Positions 8,490 to 16,271 of a stretch of DNA of 24,000 bases are shown piece after piece (the stretch's first letter is position 1; each line of letters starts with the position of its first letter). Origin of the DNA: Gammaproteobacteria bacterium (lineage in GTDB: Bacteria > Pseudomonadota > Gammaproteobacteria > Steroidobacterales > Steroidobacteraceae). Made by a program: the position numbers and the translations under genes. The notes beneath the pieces are model-generated. The model saw only the letters and a program-made list of their open reading frames with translations. It was not told the origin of the DNA and ran no database searches. The stretch spans positions 241,699 through 265,698 of the forward strand of contig PKRE02000001.1 of assembly GCA_017577615.2 (NCBI GenBank), in the 5' to 3' direction.

Positions 8490-8848
8490 GCCTGCGCGCA
8501 CTTATCGCCGCAGCGACGCTGGTGTTGACTGCACGCCAGTCGAGCAGCGATGTGCCGCATCGTATCACTGGAGACGTACAGCGCGGACAACAGACGATAG
8601 TGCGGCTCGAATGCGGTGTCTGCCACGTGATTCCGGGCATACCAGGCGCGAGGGGACGAGTAGGTCCTTCGTTGGCGGCGTATCGGCGCAATGTCTACAT
8701 TGCCGGACGCTATCCGAATCTGCCGGAGGTGCTCGTGCGGTTCGTACGCGATGCGCCGTCGTTGGCGCCCGACACGGCAATGCCGTCGATCGCGATGAGC
8801 GAGCGCGAAGCGCGCGACATCGCCGCTTATCTGTACTCGCTCGAATGA
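8486..8848 (+). CDS. monohaem c-type cytochrome (class I-like), secreted
   Basis: 120 aa with a signal-like N-terminus and CGVCH at 8612-8626. The ATG overlaps the upstream TGA (ATGA 8486-8489), and GAGGGAG lies 6 nt upstream. It is paralogous to the second domain of the upstream protein. Confidence 0.8.
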   Translation: MSLRALIAAATLVLTARQSSSDVPHRITGDVQRGQQTIVRLECGVCHVIPGIPGARGRVGPSLAAYRRNVYIAGRYPNLPEVLVRFVRDAPSLAPDTAMPSIAMSEREARDIAAYLYSLE

Positions 8849-9852
8849 GTGAGATGCGGCTGCCATCTGCTCTGCACGCGGCGCCTGGCAGCGGTGCTGA
8901 GCTGTTGTCCGAGCTCGGACTCGTGCTGTACTGCGGCGCCGGCATCATTTTCATCGTCGTCGTGGCGCTGGCGCTGCATGCGACGTTCGCAAAGCCATCG
9001 CCTGCCGGCACACGTGCATGGATCGTCGGTGGCGGCATCGTATTTCCGCTCCTGACGTTGTTCCTGCTCCTCAACTACACGTTGGCGGTCGGCAGCGCGG
9101 TTGCGGCGCTTGAGAGCGGCACCGCATTGCAGCTGTTGCTCGATTGCTTCGGCATCGATGCGCAGAAGCGTATTCCGCCTCCGTCGCCAGGCACGATGCG
9201 CGTGCATGTGATCGGCAAGCAATGGTGGTGGGAGGTTCGCTACGAGATCGTGCGCGGCGACACGAGCACAGCCGTGCTCGCGAACGAGCTCCATTTGCCG
9301 GTGGGCGAGCCGGTAGAGCTACTGCTGACGACGACGGACGTGATTCACAGCTTTTGGGTGCCGTCGCTCGCGGGCAAGGTTGACATGATCCCCGGTCGCA
9401 CGAACCGCTTGATCCTGCGTGCCAACACGCCCGGCTTGTATCGCGGGCAGTGTGCGGAGTACTGCGGCGGGCAGCACGCGCTGATGGCGCTCTATGTGAA
9501 GTCGCAACCTCGTCGCGAGTTCGAGACTTGGTTGCAACGGCAGGCGCGTTCCGTCACGCGCCCGGACGATGCGTTCTTGCTTGCCGGTTACGAAGCTTTT
9601 TTCAAGGGGACATGTCCCGACTGTCACACCGTGCGCGGCACGCCGGCAACGGGCAAGAGCGGACCGGATCTGACGCATGTCGGCAGTCGATATTCGCTCG
9701 CCGCAGGCACGCTGCGCAATCACGTCGGGACGATGGCAGGTTGGATCGCCGGCGCGCAGGACATCAAGCCAGGCAACGCGATGCCGGACAGCGAGATCTA
9801 CACCGGACGCGAGCTCCGTGCCTTGGCTGCGTGGCTGGGGAGCTTGGAATGA
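8845..9852 (+). CDS. coxB: cytochrome c oxidase subunit II with fused C-terminal cytochrome c domain (caa3 type)
   Basis: I chose the start at ATG 8845 (ATGA overlap with the upstream stop). There are two N-terminal TM helices. The CuA pattern is VIHSFWVP...CAEYCGGQHALM (9346, 9451-9486), and the C-terminal haem motif CPDCH is at 9613-9627. The track ORF from 8473 overlaps the whole upstream gene and is rejected. Confidence 0.93.
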   Translation: MSEMRLPSALHAAPGSGAELLSELGLVLYCGAGIIFIVVVALALHATFAKPSPAGTRAWIVGGGIVFPLLTLFLLLNYTLAVGSAVAALESGTALQLLLDCFGIDAQKRIPPPSPGTMRVHVIGKQWWWEVRYEIVRGDTSTAVLANELHLPVGEPVELLLTTTDVIHSFWVPSLAGKVDMIPGRTNRLILRANTPGLYRGQCAEYCGGQHALMALYVKSQPRREFETWLQRQARSVTRPDDAFLLAGYEAFFKGTCPDCHTVRGTPATGKSGPDLTHVGSRYSLAAGTLRNHVGTMAGWIAGAQDIKPGNAMPDSEIYTGRELRALAAWLGSLE

Positions 9853-12353
9853 GCGCACCGCCCAACGCCTTGCCGCGTCCCGCGCAGGAGCTTGCTCGGC
9901 TCGAGCAAGCTTGGGAGCCGCCGCAAGGCTGGCGACTGCTGTCTGCGGTCAATAACACGTACATTGGATTGTTCTACATCGGAGCGGCCCTGCTGTTCCT
10001 GGTGCTCGGTGGCATCCTCGCGCTGCTGATGCGAACGCAGCTTGCCGTGCCCGAGAACGACCTCGTCGACTACGACCTCTACAACCAGCTGTTCACCATG
10101 CACGGCTCGGTGATGATGTTTCTCTTCGCCGTGCCAGTCATCGAAGCGATCGCGATCCTGCTCTTGCCTGCGATGCTGGGAGCGCGCGACTTACCGTTCC
10201 CACGCTTGTCCGCGTACGCCTTCTGGGCGTACTTCGTCGGCGGCATCGTGTTCTTCGGCACGATATTCTTCGATGTCGCGCCCGATGGCGGCTGGTTCAT
10301 GTATCCGCCGCTCACGAGCTACGAGCACTCGCCAGGGTTGCGCGCCGATTTCTGGCTGCTCGGCATCGGCTTCATAGAGATCTCGGCGATCGCAGGCGCG
10401 ATCGAGATCGTGGTTGGAATCCTGCGCACGCGTGCGCCCGGCATGACGCTGGACAAGATGCCCGTGTACGTATGGGCGATGCTCGTGGTCGGCGGCATGA
10501 TCATCTTTGCATTTCCGCCGGTCATCCTTGCCACTGCGCTGCTCGAGCTGGAGCGTGCGTTTCACTGGCCGTTCTTTCTCGCCGAGCGCGGCGGCGACCC
10601 GCTCCTGTGGCAGCACCTTTTCTGGCTGTTCGGACATCCAGACGTCTACATCATCTTCCTTCCAGGCGCCGGCTTGGTCTCGATGATCGTCGCGACCATG
10701 GCGCGTACTCCCCTCGTTGGCTACGAATGGGTCGTGCTCGCGCTCGTGGCAACTGGCTTCATCTCGTTCGCGCTCTGGGTGCATCACATGTTTGCAACCG
10801 GCATGCCGCACCTTACGACGAGCTTCTTCTCGGCCGCGAGCATGGCAGTCGCAATTCCAACTGGCATCCAGGTTTTCGCCTGGCTTGCGACACTACGTCG
10901 TGGGCAGGTCCAAAAGGCAACGCCGACCTGGTTCGTCCTCGGCTTCTTCGGGACCTTCGTTCTCGGTGGGCTCACTGGCGTGATGCTGGCTGTCGCGCCC
11001 TATGATTGGCAGGTCCATGACAGCTATTTCGTCGTCGCGCATCTGCACTATGTGTTGATCGGCGGCATGGTCTTTCCGGTGTTCGCCGCCATCTACTACT
11101 GGGCGCCGTTCGTGAGCGGCAAACCACTCTCCGAGCGCATGGGCAAGTGGGCCTGTGCGCTCATGTTCATCGGCCTCAATCTCGCGTTCTTCCCGATGCA
11201 CATTGTGGGTCTTTCTGGTATGCCACGACGCGTATGGACGTACTCCGACACATTGGGCTGGGAGCAGTGGAACATGCTGTCATCCGTGGGTGCGTTCGTG
11301 CTTGCGGCCGGCTTCGGTGTCGCCTTCCTCGATCTGCTCTTGCATCTGCGTCCGAAAGGGAAGGTCGATAGCAATCCATGGGATGCAGGCACCCTCGAGT
11401 GGCTGCCGCTCGACAACTACGGTGTGCGCAGCATCCCGCACGTGACGAGTCGTGATCCGTTGTGGGATCGGCCGCAGCTGCGTGAAGAAGTGGAGCGAGG
11501 GGAACACTTCCTGCCCGGCACGTTGACCGGAGATCGCGAGACGCTCGTCACGAGCGCGATTGATGCTCGACCACAATATGTCTTGCGGCTGCCCGGACCG
11601 AGCTGGCTGCCGTTGTTGGCAGGGCTGGGTACGGCGGCATTCTTTCTCTTTCTTACGGTGAAGTCTCTGGTCGCGTCCGCGCTTGGCGGCGTGATCGCGT
11701 TAGTGAGCATCTTCATGTGGTTGTGGCAGAGCGAGCCTGCACCGAGCGCTCGCCTGTACGATGTTGGCGGTGGCATCAAGCTGCCAGATCATATGACAGG
11801 ATCTCGCTCTCATTCTTGGTGGGCGATGGTCGTCTTGTTACTGGTCGATGCCACGATCTTCTCCTGCCTGGTATTCGCCTATTGCTACTTCTGGACTGTA
11901 TCCGCTGCTTGGCCGCCGCCACCTTTCGGTTTCCCCGACGTGACTGCAACGGTTGCCTGCATCGCGAGCTGGACAGTGAGTGCTACGGTGCTGTTTCTCG
12001 CGCATCGTGCGTTCGGGCGTAGCGCGCCGCGCGTGCCGCTGATCGTCCCGATCGCACTTGGAACTGCGTTCGCCTGGATCGCTTTCGTGCTTGCTTTCAG
12101 GGCGCTCGCACAGACCGACGTGCGTCCCGATCAGCATGCCTATGGAGCCGTTCTGTACACGCTGCTGTCTTGGCAGGGGCTGCACGTCGTGCTGTTGACA
12201 TTAATGGGCGGCTATACGATTGCGCGAGCCATCGCGGGGCGGGCGAGCGCAATGCGCCGGAACGCCTTCGATAACACGCGGTTGATGTGGTATTACGCCG
12301 CCGTGCAAAGCGCGCTAGGGTGCCTCGTCGTGCACGCGCCGCGGATGATGTGA
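9849..12353 (+). CDS. coxA: cytochrome c oxidase subunit I fused to a short subunit III-like C-terminal domain
   Basis: I chose the start at ATG 9849 (ATGA overlap; GGGGAG 6 nt upstream), giving 834 aa. HCO hallmarks are present: TMHG, FGHPDVYIIFLPG, WVHHMF, HDSYFVVAHLHYV. The last roughly 180 aa (SHSWWAM..., SWQGLHVV, LMWYY) look like a subunit III module. Confidence 0.93.
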   Translation: MSAPPNALPRPAQELARLEQAWEPPQGWRLLSAVNNTYIGLFYIGAALLFLVLGGILALLMRTQLAVPENDLVDYDLYNQLFTMHGSVMMFLFAVPVIEAIAILLLPAMLGARDLPFPRLSAYAFWAYFVGGIVFFGTIFFDVAPDGGWFMYPPLTSYEHSPGLRADFWLLGIGFIEISAIAGAIEIVVGILRTRAPGMTLDKMPVYVWAMLVVGGMIIFAFPPVILATALLELERAFHWPFFLAERGGDPLLWQHLFWLFGHPDVYIIFLPGAGLVSMIVATMARTPLVGYEWVVLALVATGFISFALWVHHMFATGMPHLTTSFFSAASMAVAIPTGIQVFAWLATLRRGQVQKATPTWFVLGFFGTFVLGGLTGVMLAVAPYDWQVHDSYFVVAHLHYVLIGGMVFPVFAAIYYWAPFVSGKPLSERMGKWACALMFIGLNLAFFPMHIVGLSGMPRRVWTYSDTLGWEQWNMLSSVGAFVLAAGFGVAFLDLLLHLRPKGKVDSNPWDAGTLEWLPLDNYGVRSIPHVTSRDPLWDRPQLREEVERGEHFLPGTLTGDRETLVTSAIDARPQYVLRLPGPSWLPLLAGLGTAAFFLFLTVKSLVASALGGVIALVSIFMWLWQSEPAPSARLYDVGGGIKLPDHMTGSRSHSWWAMVVLLLVDATIFSCLVFAYCYFWTVSAAWPPPPFGFPDVTATVACIASWTVSATVLFLAHRAFGRSAPRVPLIVPIALGTAFAWIAFVLAFRALAQTDVRPDQHAYGAVLYTLLSWQGLHVVLLTLMGGYTIARAIAGRASAMRRNAFDNTRLMWYYAAVQSALGCLVVHAPRMM

Positions 12354-12751
12354 TGTGTAAATCTGCGCGGATAACTGCTGAGGCAGACGATGCTCGTCGT
12401 TTCCTTCCGACGACGTTGTTCATTTGTGCGGGGCTGCTCTTCTGGGCTGCGGATTTCCTCGCGACATACGTCATTGCAGCGCTTGCTTGCGCAAGAGGAT
12501 TCGCGCTGTCGAGCGTCGTGAACATACCGTTTGTGGCGTTTGTGGGCAGTGTGCTCACGGTTGTTGCGGGCAGCGGCACCTTGGTCATCGTGCTGATCAG
12601 CGCGAGACGCTTGCAAGGTACTGAGCTCGACACATCCGCGCGTTTCATCTATTTCCTCGCATCGACCATGGGCGTCATTGGCCTCGTGGCGATCGCGTTC
12701 AATGCGCTGCCGGCATGGTTGCTCGCAAACGAGTGTGCATCCGCGGGTTAG
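12353..12751 (+). CDS. hypothetical small polytopic membrane protein (possible oxidase accessory subunit)
   Basis: ATG 12353 overlaps the TGA of subunit I by 1 nt (TGATG). The 132-aa product has three to four hydrophobic helices. No family recognised. Confidence 0.6.
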   Translation: MCKSARITAEADDARRFLPTTLFICAGLLFWAADFLATYVIAALACARGFALSSVVNIPFVAFVGSVLTVVAGSGTLVIVLISARRLQGTELDTSARFIYFLASTMGVIGLVAIAFNALPAWLLANECASAG

Positions 12752-12918
12752 CGATGCCGCCAAGTGCGGCTGCACCGTGAGGTGGAGGATGAGGTCAAGC
12801 TCGCCATCCCGGTGCAGAGGTTGCTATTGAAAGGCGTCGCGCGACCCAGAGGAGGGAAGGCCGCTTCGCACGCGGCACTGCAGAACGTGTAAGAGGCACA
12901 AACGTGCCGAGTGTTCTC

Positions 12919-12947
12919 TTGAAACGCCCCGGCCTCGCCACGACAAT
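12919..12947 (+). promoter_or_regulatory. candidate sigma70-type promoter for azurin (TTGAAA - 17 nt - GACAAT)
   Basis: Hexamers at 12919-12924 and 12942-12947 are spaced 17 nt apart, about 60 nt upstream of the azurin ATG. This is a motif match only. Confidence 0.25.
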
Positions 12948-13007
12948 TCGTAGCGGCATTGTCCTCGTACTTGTCGGGGATCGTTAATCCAGCTAGATAG
13001 GTGTTAG

Positions 13008-13469
13008 ATGATCAAGTCCAAACTTCTGAGCATCATGCTGCTTGCAGGTGCACTCGGTGCGTTCAGCTCGGTTGCATCTGCGAAGACCTGTAGTGTCGAG
13101 ATTTCCGGTGACGACCAGATGCGGTTCGACAAGAAGGAAATCGCAATTGCGGCCGACTGCACCGAAGTCGAGCTGACGCTCAAACACACAGGCAAGCTGC
13201 CCGTGCAGGCGATGGGCCACAACTGGGTTCTGACAAAGACGGCCGATTTTCAAGCTGTCGCGACTGCAGGCGCGTCTGCCGGAGCCGCCAACCACTACGT
13301 GCCTAAGGATGATCCGCGCGTCATTGCGGCGACGGAGCTCATCGGTGGAGGTGAAACGACCACGATCAAGTTCTCGACCTCCAAGCTGGAGAAGGGCGGC
13401 GACTACACCTTCTTCTGCTCGTTCCCCGGCCACTGGTCGTTGATGAACGGCAAGTTCAAGTTCGGCTGA
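13008..13469 (+). CDS. azu: azurin (blue copper protein) precursor
   Basis: 153 aa with signal peptide MIKSKLLSIMLLAGALGAFSSVASA. The mature sequence KTCSVEISGDDQMRFD...CTE...MGHNWVL...YTFFCSFPGHWSLMNG contains the azurin disulfide pair and the Cu ligands (His, Cys, His, Met). AGGTG lies 5 nt upstream of the ATG. Confidence 0.95.
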   Translation: MIKSKLLSIMLLAGALGAFSSVASAKTCSVEISGDDQMRFDKKEIAIAADCTEVELTLKHTGKLPVQAMGHNWVLTKTADFQAVATAGASAGAANHYVPKDDPRVIAATELIGGGETTTIKFSTSKLEKGGDYTFFCSFPGHWSLMNGKFKFG

Positions 13470-13479
13470 CGGCACTTTG

Positions 13480-13531
13480 GGTCGAGGCTGGAATGAGCAG
13501 CCACGTGCTGGCCATTCGAGCCTCGACCTTT
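13480..13531 (+). terminator. long GC-rich hairpin followed by TTT; probable intrinsic terminator of azurin, between convergent azu and otsA
   Basis: GGTCGAGGCT (13480-13489) pairs perfectly with AGCCTCGACC (13519-13528). The stem continues inward (5 bp, then 4 bp after mismatches) to a 5-nt loop, and TTT follows at 13529-13531. Confidence 0.6.
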
Positions 13532-13564
13532 CCATGATCGAGGCACGGGATTGATCGAGCCGCG

Positions 13565-14992
13565 CTAAGGTCGGGCGCGAACAGCGCTGACAAGGGACTC
13601 CCGCGGCGAGCGCCACGTGCTCGTCTCGCGCAACCGAGTAACGAAGCGCTGCGCCCAGGACCGAATGTCGTTCTTACGCAATGTCTCGAGCATCGCCGCG
13701 TGGCGTTCGCGTCGTTCTTCCAGCGGCATCGTGAGCGCAGTCTGAATCGCGTGCACCACGGCACGCGAATCGTACGGGTTGACCAGCAACGCGCTCGACA
13801 GCTCGTGGGCTGCACCGGCCATCGTCGATAACACCAGGACGCCTGGATCGTTGGGGTCTTGCGCCGCCAGGTACTCCTTGGCGACGAGATTCATGCCGTC
13901 GCGCAGCGGCGTGACGAGCCCGACGTGCGCGGCACGCAGGAATCCCATGAGCGTCTCGTGCGGGAAGTTGCGGTTCAGGTAGCGAATCGGCGTCCAATCA
14001 GTATCTGCAAAGCGCCCGTTCGTTCGACCTGCAGCCTGCTCGAGCGAGTGACGAATCTCGGCGTAGGATTGCACGTCTTTGCGCGACAACGGAGCAATCT
14101 GCAAGTAGGTGACGTGGTTGCGATTCTCGGGAAAGACCTCGAGAAACTGCTCATACGCGGCGAAACGCTCGACGAGCCCTTTGCTGTAATCGAGGCGATC
14201 CACGCCAATGATGAGCTTGCGCCCGACGAGGCTCGCGACCATTCTGCGAACGCTGGCGCTACCCCACGCACGCTGCGCCGATGCCTGAATGGCCTCCACG
14301 TCCACGCCGATAGGGAACACCCCCGTGCCGACCGTGCGCTGACCAATTCTGATCGTCTCGGCGTTCTCGATGCGCGCTTCGGGTAGGCATCGTTCGACCG
14401 ATGCTTGAAAGGAACGGAGGTCTCCCTGTACCTGGAAGCCCACGAGGTCGTACGCCATCATGTCACGCACGAGCTCGACGTATGTCGGTAACACGCGCAA
14501 CGTTTCGATGTATGGGAACGGGATGTGCAGAAAGAAGCCGATCGGTGTGCGTACGCCGAGCTCACGCAATCGCGAAGCGAGCGGAATCAGGTGATAATCG
14601 TGGACCCAGATGAGATCGTCGGGTTTCAGCAGTGGTAGGAGCTTGCGAGCGAACTCGCGGTTGACCTCTTGATAGGCGTCGTGATCCTCGTGGCGATAAC
14701 AGAAGCGCGTCGGCATGTAATGGAACAGCGGCCATAGCGCCTCATTGGCAAAACCATTGTAGTAACGTTCGAACAGATCACGCCGCAAGTTGAGCAGCGC
14801 GTAGGTCACACCATCGCGCACTTGAATGGTTGGCTCGCCGGGATCCTCGTCGGAGAGCTCTCCGCCCCAGCCGAACCACATTCCACCCATATGCTTGAGT
14901 GCGCTCAAGACCCCTACTGCCAACCCTCCCGGCGCTGACGCTTTGCGCGGCAGCGACACTCGATTCGATACACAAACCAGGCGCGACGTCAT
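13565..14992 (-). CDS. otsA: alpha,alpha-trehalose-phosphate synthase (UDP-forming), GT20
   Basis: I chose the start at ATG 14992 (MTSRLVCVSNRVSLP...GGLAVGVL...WFGWGG). It aligns closely by eye with E. coli OtsA along its full length (IWVHDYHL, GFFLHIPFP, VDRLDYSKG, LVTPLRDGMNLVAKEY). The track ORF to 15202 adds 70 non-homologous residues. Confidence 0.95.
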   Translation of the reverse strand: MTSRLVCVSNRVSLPRKASAPGGLAVGVLSALKHMGGMWFGWGGELSDEDPGEPTIQVRDGVTYALLNLRRDLFERYYNGFANEALWPLFHYMPTRFCYRHEDHDAYQEVNREFARKLLPLLKPDDLIWVHDYHLIPLASRLRELGVRTPIGFFLHIPFPYIETLRVLPTYVELVRDMMAYDLVGFQVQGDLRSFQASVERCLPEARIENAETIRIGQRTVGTGVFPIGVDVEAIQASAQRAWGSASVRRMVASLVGRKLIIGVDRLDYSKGLVERFAAYEQFLEVFPENRNHVTYLQIAPLSRKDVQSYAEIRHSLEQAAGRTNGRFADTDWTPIRYLNRNFPHETLMGFLRAAHVGLVTPLRDGMNLVAKEYLAAQDPNDPGVLVLSTMAGAAHELSSALLVNPYDSRAVVHAIQTALTMPLEERRERHAAMLETLRKNDIRSWAQRFVTRLRETSTWRSPRESLVSAVRARP

Positions 14993-15065
14993 AGACGTTC
15001 GCTCCCTTCGGATATCAAGATGCGATCGACGAACATGCATGCTCCTGTGCGAATGAGTGACGCAT

Positions 15066-15824
15066 TCAGGGACCTCGCATGAGTAGCGATTCGACGGAGA
15101 GCTCTCGAAGCCACTTGTGCACGTCAGCGACGCGGGCGAGCCGATAGGTGGCACGCGTCGGAGCCGATTCCCCGACGCGTATGGATATCCCGCCGAGTGC
15201 ATTCACGGTTTCGAACGCATCTTCGTCGGTGACATCGTCGCCGATGTAGATCGGTTGGCGCGCCAAGAACGGGCTTTGTTGCATGAACGTGCGCACCGCT
15301 GTGCCCTTCGTCGTGGCACTTGGGCGGATTTCGTACACGCACTTACCAGCTTGAAGGACGTACTGCGGACCGAGCCGCTCGACGATGCGTTTCGTGAGCG
15401 CGTGCACCGAATCCGCGAGCTGCGGGGCGAGACGGAAGTGCACTGCGAGCGCGTAGCCTTTGTCCTCGAGGAGAATGCCCTGATGTGAGCGGGCGTACGC
15501 CGCGAGCTCTTCGCGAACAGAGTGAAGACCGCTCAGGTCGAGCGGCTCACGAATCAAGCGTCCATCCGGTCCACGTCGCTCTGCTCCGTGGACGCCCGAA
15601 GCGCAGAGCCGCAGCGGTGCGAACAAGCGGTCGAGATCCGCAATCGTTCGCCCGCTGACGAGCGCGAGCGCGCCCTCGAGCCGCGAAGCCGTCGTGCTCA
15701 GCAGGGACCTGAGCTCTGGAGGCACGTAGACACTTTCGGGTGTTTCGGCGAGCTCGAGAAGCGTGCCGTCTACATCGAGGAACAGAGCCCAACGCGCCTT
15801 CCGATTGACTGCGTCGTGCGACAT
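15066..15824 (-). CDS. otsB: trehalose-6-phosphate phosphatase (HAD family)
   Basis: I chose the start at ATG 15824 (MSHDAVNRKARWALFLDVDGTLLE...). It carries the HAD motifs DVDGT, SGR and GDDVTDE, and resembles E. coli OtsB throughout. The 149-codon upstream extension to 16271 is Arg-rich and non-homologous. Confidence 0.92.
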   Translation of the reverse strand: MSHDAVNRKARWALFLDVDGTLLELAETPESVYVPPELRSLLSTTASRLEGALALVSGRTIADLDRLFAPLRLCASGVHGAERRGPDGRLIREPLDLSGLHSVREELAAYARSHQGILLEDKGYALAVHFRLAPQLADSVHALTKRIVERLGPQYVLQAGKCVYEIRPSATTKGTAVRTFMQQSPFLARQPIYIGDDVTDEDAFETVNALGGISIRVGESAPTRATYRLARVADVHKWLRELSVESLLMRGP

Positions 15825-16271
15825 TCTTAAAACCTTACTGCGGATCGGTTTCGGCCTCAACCTCGGTGCGTGAATCCAGTCCTCGCGCCCCGCATAAGAG
15901 CGTGTGCGCCGCACATTGCAGGCCCTTCTGCACCGAAGTCGGGCGTCGTAGCGATGGGATCGTCTCTGAGCGGTCGGTGCGGTCAGAGAAGGCTGGGAAC
16001 GCCTGCTTCCGTCTCGCGTTCCGAAGGCATGCCTGAGCGTTCGAATGTCGCCTCTCGTTGGATCCATGGCAAGTGCGTGCGCGGACGTTGCGTGCATGCC
16101 CAGTCGTCCATCACGCACCTGGCCCGCAAAGCGTTGCGCTGCAAGCAACGGTTGAAGTGGGCGAGTCAGCGTGAGCGATGCAAGAGCTGTGACGTGCCTC
16201 GCCGAACGTAGCAGCCCATCAGCAGCAAGTACAGAGCATGCTTGACGGCCGGGGTGCCATGACTTAGACAC

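Noticed and set aside
8473-8844. Long N-terminal extensions offered by the ORF track (8473 for coxB, 9450 for coxA, 12287 for the membrane protein, 15202 for otsA, 16271 for otsB, 7529 for GFA, 21238 for the lipoprotein, 5365 for the small lipoprotein)
   Set aside because: The extensions overlap the upstream genes in another frame or lack homology to the respective families. Internal ATGs coincide with family N-termini, with RBS-like sequences, or with ATGA stop/start overlaps.
10191-10811. 206-aa minus-strand ORF inside the oxidase subunit I gene
   Set aside because: It is antisense to a strongly supported HCO subunit I. The sequence is charged and low-complexity, with no RBS.
12882-12917. 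Nested small hairpins (AGAAC...GTTCT around GGCAC-AAAC-GTGCC) downstream of the oxidase operon
   Set aside because: The stems are only 5 bp each with no U-tract, and the element overlaps the candidate azurin promoter. This is too weak to call a terminator.
12993-13616. 207-aa minus-strand ORF
   Set aside because: It is antisense to azurin and spans the terminator hairpin. Azurin identity is unambiguous.
15870-16211. 113-aa + strand ORF in the otsB-treA intergenic region
   Set aside because: The translation is Arg/Cys/Ser-rich with no RBS or motif. It is probably a chance ORF; the spacer is reported as a regulatory region instead.
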